NCBI GenBank assembly: GCA_938009745.1
Contig: CALLII010000040.1
Span: 5,733 to 69,732, forward strand
From: an uncultured Flavobacteriales bacterium
Lineage (GTDB): Bacteria; Bacteroidota; Bacteroidia; Flavobacteriales_D; CAJJDF01
Length of the DNA stretch: 64,000 nucleotides
Reading direction: 5' to 3'
Position 1 is the stretch's first letter. Every line of letters starts with the position of its first letter. Position numbers and translations under genes: made by a program. The notes under the pieces are model-generated. The model saw only the letters and a list, made by a program, of their open reading frames with translations, made no database searches and was not told the DNA's origin. Shown in pieces: positions 9,115 to 18,600 of the stretch.

Positions 9115-9836
9115 TGACTAAAAAAGAATATATTGATGGAATAGGGGAGGTTACTTTTGTGAAAACAAAAAGAGCCAAGAATTTGCGCATTTCTATGAGC
9201 CCTCACAAAGGTGTTAGGGTTTCTGTTCCTTATTTAATGAGTTTTAGGAAAGCTTTTTCTTTTGTTTTAGAAAAGCAAAATTGGATTCATAAACATCTTC
9301 CAGAGATGGAAAAGAAGCTTGAAGGACAAACCGTGTTTGACGAAAAGACTGAGTTTTCAACATACAAAAGAAAGCTTGTTATTTTAATTAAACCTAATAT
9401 TAAAGCTCCTAGAGCCAAATTGCTAAAGGAAAAAATAGTAGTAGAGTTTCCAAGAAATTTAGATATTTATGATAAGCAGTATCAAGAGTTTTTAAGAAAA
9501 ATAGTAGAGGAAACTTGGAGGAAAGAAGCTAAAGAGTATTTGCCAATTAGAACCCATGAATTGGCTTCTAAGTTTGATTTGAGTTACGAAAAAGTATCCG
9601 TAAGAAACACTAAATCAAGATGGGGGAGTTGCTCACATCAAAATAATATTAGTTTTAGTTTACACTTAATGCGATTGCCAGAGGAACTTAGAGATTATGT
9701 CATTCTCCATGAGTTAGCTCATACAGTTGAGAAAAATCATCAACCACCATTTTGGAGTTTTCTGGACACATTAACAGATGGAAATGCTAAGAAACTAGAT
9801 AAAGAATTAAAAAACTACACGACTCGTATTTTTTAA
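9114..9836 (+). CDS. YgjP/DUF45-type zinc metallohydrolase (M48-like, SprT-like zincin)
   Basis: 240 aa. Contains SRWGSCS followed by the HExxH motif (VILHELAHTVEKNH). The start overlaps the dinB stop by 1 nt (TAATG). Confidence 0.8.
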   Translation: MTKKEYIDGIGEVTFVKTKRAKNLRISMSPHKGVRVSVPYLMSFRKAFSFVLEKQNWIHKHLPEMEKKLEGQTVFDEKTEFSTYKRKLVILIKPNIKAPRAKLLKEKIVVEFPRNLDIYDKQYQEFLRKIVEETWRKEAKEYLPIRTHELASKFDLSYEKVSVRNTKSRWGSCSHQNNISFSLHLMRLPEELRDYVILHELAHTVEKNHQPPFWSFLDTLTDGNAKKLDKELKNYTTRIF

Positions 9837-10354
9837 TTTTCGCTTAAAGCGACATCATATTTAAGCCCAAACTTTTTTTGTTCCTCAATAAAATTAAGTT
9901 CAGCAGTTTCTACTTTATTGTCCATTGCAAGTACTAGGGTCACAATCTCATTGTATTTTTCGGTAGTTTGCTCTTCTTTTGGTAATAGATAATAAGCGCC
10001 CATTTGGTAATAATCATAATTTATTCCTTGGTGATAAAGCTCCATAACATTGAGTAAACTTTGCTGAAAATTTGCATCATCTTTAAAACTACCTACTGCT
10101 CTTATTTCATCCTGACACTCTTTAATGTTATTTAAAGCTTTGTCTCTTAAAGAGTTTAGTTCGTTTTTGTAGCTATTGATATCACTGATAGAATCCATTC
10201 TGCTGATTTTAATAAAATCCATAAAAGCATTCATATCCTCAGAAACATCATATTGTTTTTTTACCAGAGAGTTGTTGTAATCCAAAGCTTTGTTTCCCAT
10301 ATAACCACAAGAAGCTAAAACAATAGTTAATGTAGAGATTAATAATAATTTCAT
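9833..10354 (-). CDS. Hypothetical lipoprotein
   Basis: 173 aa with a lipobox (LTIVLASCG). It lies 5 nt downstream of the giant repeat protein on the same strand. No family recognised. Confidence 0.6.
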   Translation of the reverse strand: MKLLLISTLTIVLASCGYMGNKALDYNNSLVKKQYDVSEDMNAFMDFIKISRMDSISDINSYKNELNSLRDKALNNIKECQDEIRAVGSFKDDANFQQSLLNVMELYHQGINYDYYQMGAYYLLPKEEQTTEKYNEIVTLVLAMDNKVETAELNFIEEQKKFGLKYDVALSEN

Positions 10355-10359
10355 AGTTG

Positions 10360-13300
10360 TTATTCGTTTACTATTTCTCCAGAGGTTTCAAGATCCCAGG
10401 TACTCTCAGAAATTGACTTTCCATTTTTGAAATAGAAATCTCCGGCTTTTGTTTTTTTATGAACGTAGTCGTCTCCTTTATTTCCTTTTACAACAACTCT
10501 TCGAACTGTAATGGAAGTAATTTCGCCAAACTCATTTTTCTTTTGATATACTTTTTGGGTAACTCCCTCAGGGAATAAAGCAGCCAACTTATCTTTAGTA
10601 GCTTCAGATTTTTGTATATCCTTTGTATCCTCTAATTCATCATACTTATTACTGTTTTCCAAAGCTTTTTCATCATATTTTTTCTTTTCTTCAGCTTTTT
10701 TCTCCGCTTGTGAATCTTGATAGTCGTTTAGGTTTTTGGCAGTTTCATCAGTTTTTTGTGAGTTTTCAGAAGCTTTATCAGCTTTTTTGTCATTTAAATC
10801 AACAATTTCTTGAGATGTAGACAAAGTAGAAGCAGTATTTTGGGTAGATTTCTCTTTATTAAGTTCAGCTAGTCTATCCTGGTAAGCTTGATAATCCTCT
10901 GAATTGGCACCAGTTTTTTTCTGTCCTGCTCTACCATTTTCAACTAATAAGTCGTTTGTTTTTTCAACATACTCATTTATTTTTTCTTGACTTTGTTTGT
11001 CCGTTTTAGATAGCTCAGAATTTTTATCAGCAAGCTTATCATTTAGTTCATTGTATTGTGCATTATTTTGCTCAGTATTTTGCTGGCTTTTCCTGGACTC
11101 TTCAATTATTTTGTCACTAACATCAGTAAGTTCTTGATTAGTAGTAGCAATTTTTACATCTTCACTTTTACTTAAATCTTGTTTAAGATCGGTTAACTTA
11201 TCTCCATATTCGGAGTATACTTCTGATTGTGATCCAACTTTTTTAGATGCAGCTTCACCTTTTTCTTTAAGTATTTCAACTGTCTTCTCTAAGTAATCTG
11301 TTTCATTTCTAGCACTCAAAACCTCTTTGTCTTGAATCAATTCATTGTTTTCTGTAATCTTGTCAGCCAAGGCTACATAGTCCTCATTATTTTGAGTGTA
11401 TTCAGCTGCTTTATAGTTGAACTCTTTACTTATGTCATCTTTAAAACTTTCTAGCTCTGCAAATATCTCCTCATTAGTTTTTAAATGATTAAGGCTATTC
11501 TTATTGTACAAGTTAGTATTTCTATCTGCAAATTTTTCATAACCATCAGCAAGGCCATTTTGTTTTTTTTGCATAGCCAGATACTCATCTGTATATTTTT
11601 CAGTTAATTTTTCAATTGCTTGATAATTAGCTAAACCACTTTTTTGATCGTTTAGACCCGTGTTATTATTTTTTTCTGTGTATGCATTCAAAAACAAATT
11701 TATTGAAGCTATACTTCCGTTTCTTCCGTAATCATTACTACCACTTGTCTCAGCAATTTGGTCACTTATTCTAACATACTCGTCATAAGAAAGTTGAGAA
11801 AAATCAATATCTCTTAATTCAGATTTCCTATTTGATTTCACTGAAGAGTCAATGTATTCCCTAAAATCCATGTACTCTCTTAACTTGGAGTTATCTTGGA
11901 TTGCAGTGAATAAAAATGTACCATCATCACCACTCATGTCTACCTCTGTCCCGTAGAACTCAGCATCTACATCAAAATAATCGTCAGTACTGGCAATTGT
12001 ATTTCTTTCCAATTCAGACATGTTTTCAAGAATAGTATTTATCGATTGAATTTGGTTTCGAGGATGGCTTTCGTTTGGCTTAATACCAAGTGCAGAATTG
12101 TAAGAGCTTTTGGCACTTCTATAAGCTTTGTCTTCAAACTGTTCATCAGCTTTTTTAATTAAAGCATAGTATCGTTTGTTTTGTTCTTGATTCCTTTTTG
12201 CTTCCTCTTCTTTTTTAGCATTTTCTATAGCTAATCTTTCTTTATCCTCTTTTGCTTTACGTGCATTTTCTCTATCTCTTCTGGCTTTTTCGTCAGCTAA
12301 CTCTTGTGCTTTTTGAGCCTCTTTTCTCTTTAAGTCTTCAGCTTTTTGAGCAGCAAGTTTTTTGTCCATTTCAGCTTTTGCAGCAGCAGCTTTATCAGCT
12401 TGTTCTTTTGCTAATCTTTGCTTTTCTTTTTCTCTCTCTGCTTGATCTGCTAATTGCTTAGCTTTGTCGGCAGCATCTTTCTCTGCTCTTTCTCTTGCTA
12501 GTCGAGCATTTTCTTCATCTTGTTTTGCTTTATCTGCAGCTTCTTTAGCAGCTCTTTCTTTATCCAATAATGCTTGAGCTTCAGCTTCTTTTCTAGCTGC
12601 TTCTTGTTTAGCAAGTTCATTTGCAGCAGCTTCCTTAGCTTTTCTTTCTTTGTCAGCCTGTTCTTTTGCTAATCTATCAGCATCAGCAGCTTTTCTTGCC
12701 GCTTCTTCTTTATCTCGTTTAAGTTTATCAGCAGCTTCTTTTGCAGCTTTTTCTTCATTTAGTTTAGCTAATTCGTCTGCTTTTCTTTTTGCATCTGCAG
12801 CATCCTGTTCTGCTTTTAGTTTTTGGGCTTCTGCGTTTGCAGTAGCTTCTTTGGCAAGTCTTTCTTTTTCTGCCGCATCTTGCTCAGCTTTTAATCTAGC
12901 TGCCTCCTTGTCAGCAGCCGCTTTATCTGAAGCTTCTTTGGCAAGCCTTTCTTTTTCTGCAGCATCTTTTTTGGCTTGTGCTTCTCTTGCAAGTTTTTCC
13001 TTCTCAGCAGCATCTTTTTTAGCTTGTTCTTGTTCTGCTAATAATTTTGCGGCTTCTTTTTCTTTAGCCTCTTTTTCTTTAGCTAACCTTTCTTCTTCCT
13101 CAATTCTTTTTCTTTCTGCCTCAGCTTCTTCTGCTATCCTTTTTCTTTCTGCTTCGGCTGCAGCTTTTTCGGCTGCTTGTTTTGCTAACTCAATTGCTTT
13201 TCTTGCTTTTTCAATTCCATCTTTTGGAGCTTGTTCGGTTGGTTTTACTGTACTTGCTTTTTCAAAAGCTGTTATAGCCTCTTCAAAATTTTCTGAACCT

Positions 13301-15453
13301 AAATCATTATTAGCCTTAGCCATAAAGTCGGTATACTCTTTTTCTTTTTTAGCAATGTCTTCCAATGCTTTATTAGCAGCAGCTATTTGCTGAGTTGGTT
13401 TATTTTCTTCTGGTTTTAATTTTAGAGCTTTTTCATAAGAAGAAATAGAGGTTTTATAATCTTCTGCTGTAAATTCTTTATCAGCTTGAGCCATTAATTC
13501 AATGTACTCTTGCTCTCTTTTTTTAGCAGCTTCAATTTCTTGTCTAACCTTCTCAATTTTTTCTTTAGGAAGCTTTTCTTCAGGTTTCAAATCAGAAGCT
13601 TTTTGGTAGCTTGTAATTGCCGCTTCAAAGGTTTTAGATTCAAAGGATTTATCTCCTTCAGCTAAAGCTTGGCTATAATCTTCTTCAAGTTTCTTGATAT
13701 TTGCTATTGCCTCTTTAGATGCTGCAATTTGATCTTTAGGCTTTGTTTCGTTTTCTTTTAGCTTAAGAGCTTCTTGGTAAGAAGTAATTGCTTTCTCGTA
13801 GTCTTTTTCTCCAAATGATTTATCACCAGCTGCAATTGCTTTATTATAGTCCTCCTCAAGTTTTTTTGCTGCTGCAATAGCTGATTTAGCTTTTTCAATT
13901 TGTTCTTTTGGTTTACTCTCTTCTGGTTTTAATTTAGATGCCTCCGTATATGAAAGAATAGATGTTTCATAATTTTCATCATTAAAATCTTTATCTGCTT
14001 TAGTAATAGCATTTTTGTAATCTTCCTCTAGTTTTTTTAATTGAGCAATTGCAGTTTTTGCTTTTTCAATTTGTTCAGTAGGTTTTGTTTCTGTTGGTTT
14101 TATTTTTAAAGCAGAAGTATATGAAGCAATAGCAGTTTCATATTCTTTTGAAGAAAGCTCTTTATCAGCTTTAGCCATTAGGTCAGTATATACTTTATCT
14201 TGCTCTTTTATCTTTGCTAGTATTCCATCTATCTCAGTAATTTTTTCTTTAGGATATTCTTCTTTAGAAAGTAAATCACTCGCTTCTTTAAATTTTACTT
14301 TAGCTTTTTCATATTCTTTACTACCTAATAAACCTTCTGCTTCGGTTATTAAGTTATCATAGGCTGCTTTATTCTTTGCAAGATTCTTAATAATATCATC
14401 AATCTCTTTAATTTTTTTAGCTGGCTCTTTATCTTTTGGTTTTAATTCTTTGGCTTTATTGTACAAAGTCTTTGCCTCATCAAAACTTTCAGAATTTGTT
14501 TTAATAGCTGCTTTTGCCATTAATTCTTTAAATTCTTTATCAACCTTTGCGTTAGCTTGGTTGTCAATAGTTTCCTGAAGTGCCTTTAGTTTTTCTTTTG
14601 GTAGTTTGCTAGATGGCTGTGTATATTGTGCAGCTTCATACTTTTCTTTTGCATTTTCAAACTTAAGTAGGGCAACCATTTCATCCCCTTCTTTAATCAG
14701 CCTTCTCATTTTCTCCTCTTTTTCCTTCTCGGCTAATTCATCTTCATATTTAATTTCTGCATCAGTAAGCTTTATAGCTAACTCTTCATCATCTTTAATC
14801 TTTAATGCTGCTGTCCAATCTTCTACTGTTTTCTTATAGTCTTTTTTGGAAAGTGCCGCTTCTCCTGATTTAACTAACGCTTTGAAGTTCTTTTCTTTAT
14901 CTTTTTCGTTTCCTTCAAGTTTTTTAAAGTAATTTTCTATTTGTTCTTTTCTTGAATCATAAAAATCCTCATTGTGAGTTATGTTTCCGGAGTTTTTATC
15001 CATGAAAAACTTATCTACTGGTTGACCCTCAACAGTACCATAGTCTACTCCTTCCTTCTTCTCGTATACTTCAGTCTCAATACTTACTTCAACTACTGCC
15101 TCTAGTAGGTCATCATCATAGTTTCTACTATCAACTTCAATTGTATTTTTTGTATGATTTGCTTTAGTGACTACAACCTTGTACAAATATCCATAATACC
15201 CTTCGTAAGGCTTAAACTCTCCATTTGCATCAGTTGTTACTGAGAATACTTCTTTCCCATTCTGCATGATAGTAACTGTCGCTCCAGAAAGTGGCCTTCC
15301 ATCCTCATCTTTTATTTTCCCATCAAATTTCATTATTGCATCATCTTGCCCCAAAGAGGATCCTGCAATTAGCAGAAATACAATAAATATCATTGATTTA
15401 GAAACCAATAATAATATTTGATTTAGTTTATTCATGTATCTGTATAACTTCAA
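10360..15453 (-). CDS. Giant secreted repeat protein: CarboxypepD_reg-like N-domain, 57-aa TPR-like tandem repeats, Lys/Ala/Glu-rich charged block
   Basis: 1697-aa uninterrupted ORF. The N-terminus is signal-like. A CarboxypepD_reg-like segment follows (DGRPLSGATVTIMQNGKEVFSVTTDANGEF). Repeats and the low-complexity block are read directly from the translation. Confidence 0.85.
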   Translation of the reverse strand: MKLYRYMNKLNQILLLVSKSMIFIVFLLIAGSSLGQDDAIMKFDGKIKDEDGRPLSGATVTIMQNGKEVFSVTTDANGEFKPYEGYYGYLYKVVVTKANHTKNTIEVDSRNYDDDLLEAVVEVSIETEVYEKKEGVDYGTVEGQPVDKFFMDKNSGNITHNEDFYDSRKEQIENYFKKLEGNEKDKEKNFKALVKSGEAALSKKDYKKTVEDWTAALKIKDDEELAIKLTDAEIKYEDELAEKEKEEKMRRLIKEGDEMVALLKFENAKEKYEAAQYTQPSSKLPKEKLKALQETIDNQANAKVDKEFKELMAKAAIKTNSESFDEAKTLYNKAKELKPKDKEPAKKIKEIDDIIKNLAKNKAAYDNLITEAEGLLGSKEYEKAKVKFKEASDLLSKEEYPKEKITEIDGILAKIKEQDKVYTDLMAKADKELSSKEYETAIASYTSALKIKPTETKPTEQIEKAKTAIAQLKKLEEDYKNAITKADKDFNDENYETSILSYTEASKLKPEESKPKEQIEKAKSAIAAAKKLEEDYNKAIAAGDKSFGEKDYEKAITSYQEALKLKENETKPKDQIAASKEAIANIKKLEEDYSQALAEGDKSFESKTFEAAITSYQKASDLKPEEKLPKEKIEKVRQEIEAAKKREQEYIELMAQADKEFTAEDYKTSISSYEKALKLKPEENKPTQQIAAANKALEDIAKKEKEYTDFMAKANNDLGSENFEEAITAFEKASTVKPTEQAPKDGIEKARKAIELAKQAAEKAAAEAERKRIAEEAEAERKRIEEEERLAKEKEAKEKEAAKLLAEQEQAKKDAAEKEKLAREAQAKKDAAEKERLAKEASDKAAADKEAARLKAEQDAAEKERLAKEATANAEAQKLKAEQDAADAKRKADELAKLNEEKAAKEAADKLKRDKEEAARKAADADRLAKEQADKERKAKEAAANELAKQEAARKEAEAQALLDKERAAKEAADKAKQDEENARLARERAEKDAADKAKQLADQAEREKEKQRLAKEQADKAAAAKAEMDKKLAAQKAEDLKRKEAQKAQELADEKARRDRENARKAKEDKERLAIENAKKEEEAKRNQEQNKRYYALIKKADEQFEDKAYRSAKSSYNSALGIKPNESHPRNQIQSINTILENMSELERNTIASTDDYFDVDAEFYGTEVDMSGDDGTFLFTAIQDNSKLREYMDFREYIDSSVKSNRKSELRDIDFSQLSYDEYVRISDQIAETSGSNDYGRNGSIASINLFLNAYTEKNNNTGLNDQKSGLANYQAIEKLTEKYTDEYLAMQKKQNGLADGYEKFADRNTNLYNKNSLNHLKTNEEIFAELESFKDDISKEFNYKAAEYTQNNEDYVALADKITENNELIQDKEVLSARNETDYLEKTVEILKEKGEAASKKVGSQSEVYSEYGDKLTDLKQDLSKSEDVKIATTNQELTDVSDKIIEESRKSQQNTEQNNAQYNELNDKLADKNSELSKTDKQSQEKINEYVEKTNDLLVENGRAGQKKTGANSEDYQAYQDRLAELNKEKSTQNTASTLSTSQEIVDLNDKKADKASENSQKTDETAKNLNDYQDSQAEKKAEEKKKYDEKALENSNKYDELEDTKDIQKSEATKDKLAALFPEGVTQKVYQKKNEFGEITSITVRRVVVKGNKGDDYVHKKTKAGDFYFKNGKSISESTWDLETSGEIVNE
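12180..13200 (-). repeat. Low-complexity coding block (about 340 aa, almost only K/A/E/R/D/L/Q; AEKERLAKEA-type heptad-like charged helix)
   Basis: Read from the translation. The mirror image on the plus strand gives the spurious A/S/L-rich ORFs at 12650-13393 and 12252-12461. Boundaries are approximate. Confidence 0.8.
13200..14560 (-). repeat. Coding tandem repeat, 171-nt (57-aa) period, 8 well conserved copies plus degenerate flanking copies
   Basis: Example units: EEDYKNAITKADKDFNDENYETSILSYTEASKLKPEESKPKEQIEKAKSAIAAAKKL and EEDYNKAIAAGDKSFGEKDYEKAITSYQEALKLKENETKPKDQIAASKEAIANIKKL. Boundaries are approximate. Confidence 0.8.
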
Positions 15454-15545
15454 AAATAAGGTTTTGTTACACTATAATTTGAAATCGACATAAAAATACA
15501 ATTTTTAGTATTATTACGACCCTTTTTTAACATTGAGTTTTTTCC

Positions 15546-15579
15546 AAAAAAAAACTCCCTTCAAAATTTTGAAGGGAGT
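15546..15579 (-). terminator. Rho-independent terminator downstream of the 1629-aa T9SS gene
   Basis: Perfect 26-nt palindrome ACTCCCTTCAAAATTTTGAAGGGAGT (15554-15579). On the minus strand it is followed by T9 (A9 at 15546-15554 on plus). Confidence 0.75.
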
Positions 15580-15601
15580 CTAAAGCTTAGTTGTTAGTTA
15601 A

Positions 15602-18600
15602 TTACTTCTGAATAAGAAGTTTTTTAGTCATAAATACTTTATCAGAAGATATTTTTACAAAATACAATCCTTTACTAAAGTTGTTTACATCCATTATAAC
15701 TTTTTGACTTGCACTTGAGATTGTTTGTGTGCTAACTACTTGACCAAGTGAGTTAGTTATTTCAAGTTTTAAGTTTCCAGTGTTATATCTATCATATACT
15801 TCTATAGTTACAAAGTTGGTTGCTGGGTTAGGGTATAAGCTAATGTTTAAGTCAACATCCGCTTCACTTAATCCAACACAACTTTGGAAAGTAATATTTA
15901 CTGTATCTCTTGCAGTACATCCAGATGACGCTTGAGTAACAGTTAAGATATGATCTGTACTTCCTGCTCCAGCAGTAGCTCCATTAACGCTTAACACGTT
16001 AGTTGTACCACCATTGCTCCAGTTGTAAGTATCATAAGCATTAGATGCAAATATTGTAACTCCTCCATCTAAACAAGAAGATACATCATTACCTAAATTA
16101 AGAGCCGGACTAACTGTTCTTGTAGTAATGTTATGAGTTGTTACACTATCACATCCATTAGAAGAACCTCCAACAATTGTATCCATTACTACCGTAGCAG
16201 AATAATACCAGTTTCCTAAAACTTGTACTGAATCTCCAGTACAGAAGTTGTAGTTGATTGTTGCAACTGCTGGCGCAAAGAATGATAAGTTAGTAATAAC
16301 TGTACTATCACATCCATAGAATGTAGAGAACAAGTCAGTATAAGTACCTGCTGTAGAATATACACTTGGTCCAACTCTATGTGTTTGACCTGCACAAAGT
16401 ACTATGTTATCTGTTCTAGAAGTAGAATAATGCACTGTAAGGTTAATAACTATAACACTATCACAACCTATAGAGTTTGTTAAAGTGTCATTGTAAATAC
16501 CAGTAGTAGTGTATGCCATTCCAGCTGGACCTACAAAGCTATCACATACTATTCTTGTGATCATAGATGTTGTAGAATTCAATACAGTTAAGTTAATTGT
16601 CATTGCACTATCACATCCACCAGCATTTAAGATAGTGTCATAGTATGATCCTGTTGTTCTGAATACTGCACCAGAAGGAGCAATGAACGTATCACATACT
16701 GTTAGTGTTAATGTGTCATACGATATGTAGTTAACTGTTAAGTTAAATACCATTAAACTATCACATCCTAATGAGTTTACTATTGTATCAAGGTATGTAC
16801 CACTAGTATTCCAAATTTTTCCACTTGGACTTGTGAAACTATCACAAGCAAATTGTGTTATTGTTTCATTAGTAGTATCAATGTTTACGTCATACACATA
16901 GAATATACTATCATATGTCGGCATTCCAGTAGACACTAAAGTATCAGTAAAGAATCCAGTAGCATATTGAACTCTATTTGTTAATGGCATGATGAAAGAA
17001 TCACATGAGTTAATTATTGTAGTATCATATGTTTGATTCAATACTGTGATGAAAGCAGTATCTCTGTAGGTACCACAAGGAGTAATAAATGCTGCTTCAA
17101 TTGGATAAGTTCCATTTGCAGTAAATCCTTTAGCGTAAATTTCTGGAGTTGTATCAATCACAGTCATTGTAGTTAAATCTGTCCATGTAAGACCATTAAC
17201 ACTAGAAGGTGATGGTAAAGGAACTCCTGAGTTTAATACATTAGGATCCTGAAGAGGACCTGTTGAAAGTACCCAGTTTGAACCTGTATTGTTATCTGCA
17301 CTAGTTAATCTAATTCCCCAAGTTCCTGAAGTATGAGTTAATGGTGCAGACCAATCAGCAGCTGTAACACCTGCAGCAGCAGGGAAAGTACCATATCCAT
17401 AATAACCTACAGCATCAATAACCGCTCCTGAAGCATCTCTTAATACTTTACCAGAAGTAGTAGAAGAACCATTTGTTCCAGTGTAAGCTCCATTTCCTAA
17501 ATAAATAAAGTTACTTGGATCATTCGTTTGAGAACCTACTTGGCTTGTTGCGATAATTGCAGTTCCATTAGGACTTAATACAGTTCCTGAAGGGAAAGTA
17601 AATGAACTTTGTTGAGTACTTGTTGTCCATTGCTCAAAAGTAATACCTGCTAAATCAGAACCAGGTACTCCAGTAATTTCAATATAATCATCTGTTATCA
17701 TCCAAGATGGCTTACCAGCTGTAGGTCTTCCGTTTGAAGCTCCAGCAAACTGACAAATTTCAGTTATTAAGAACGCACCAGCTGGGTAGAAAGGTGACTG
17801 AGTAGATAGTTTAGAAGAATCTAATAAACTATATAGTGTATCAAATGTTGGTGTTACAGCTAATAATGGCTTAACCTCTGATTCGTCAATTGAAGTTAAC
17901 GTATCATTGATGTTTAGAATATTAGTTGCACTAAAATCTATATACGCTTTGAAGGAATATTTTCCAGGAGTAGACATGTCAATATTTGAATTAAATACTC
18001 TTAATCTGTCACCTACAAAAAGTGTATCAGTACTTACTACTGTTGTAATAGTTGTATTAATAGGTCCTGTAACTTCAAAATAAACAGTTAAAGGAGCTGT
18101 TGCAAATACCATAGTGTCTCCAAATAGGTTATCTATATTAACCCAAGCCGTATCATTAGTTCCGTAACAATCATCTATTTGAATTAATCCTCCACCTACT
18201 ATTGCTAAATCACCTCCTGATGGTACAAATTCGATTGCACCTGCATCCGGTGTTGTTGCATTTCTTGTTACACCATCAATATCAATAGTTACTAATGCTA
18301 ATGGAGTTCCAAAATCATCTATAGCTGTTGAAAATGGAGTAAAGTTTGGAGCAATGATAATTGGATTTACATCCGAATTATTAGTTTGTCCACTTGCAGT
18401 ATTCCATGCAGCTAATGTAGCCTGATTAGCACCAAAATAACCTAAATTATTTGTTCCTGCTGTAGCTCCATTGTATAGTACGTTATTACTTCCTGAGAAG
18501 GTTGCTACTGTTGGAAAGTAAACAGCATATTTAGTTCCTGATCCTGATCCATAGATGTCAACAATATTATTTGTTAAGTCAATATTATTAATATAACTAG

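Noticed and set aside
12650-13393. 247-aa plus-strand ORF (A/S/L/F-rich), together with the 69-aa ORF at 12252-12461
   Set aside because: These are the antisense mirror of the K/A/E low-complexity block of the 1697-aa minus-strand gene. Their composition is the complement artefact of GCT/GCA/AAG/GAA codons, and they have no start context or domain.
13200-14560. Regular 171-nt repeat periodicity that could look like a CRISPR or satellite array
   Set aside because: The repeats lie in-frame inside one long ORF and diverge mainly at synonymous or conservative positions. There is no repeat-spacer structure and there are no cas genes.
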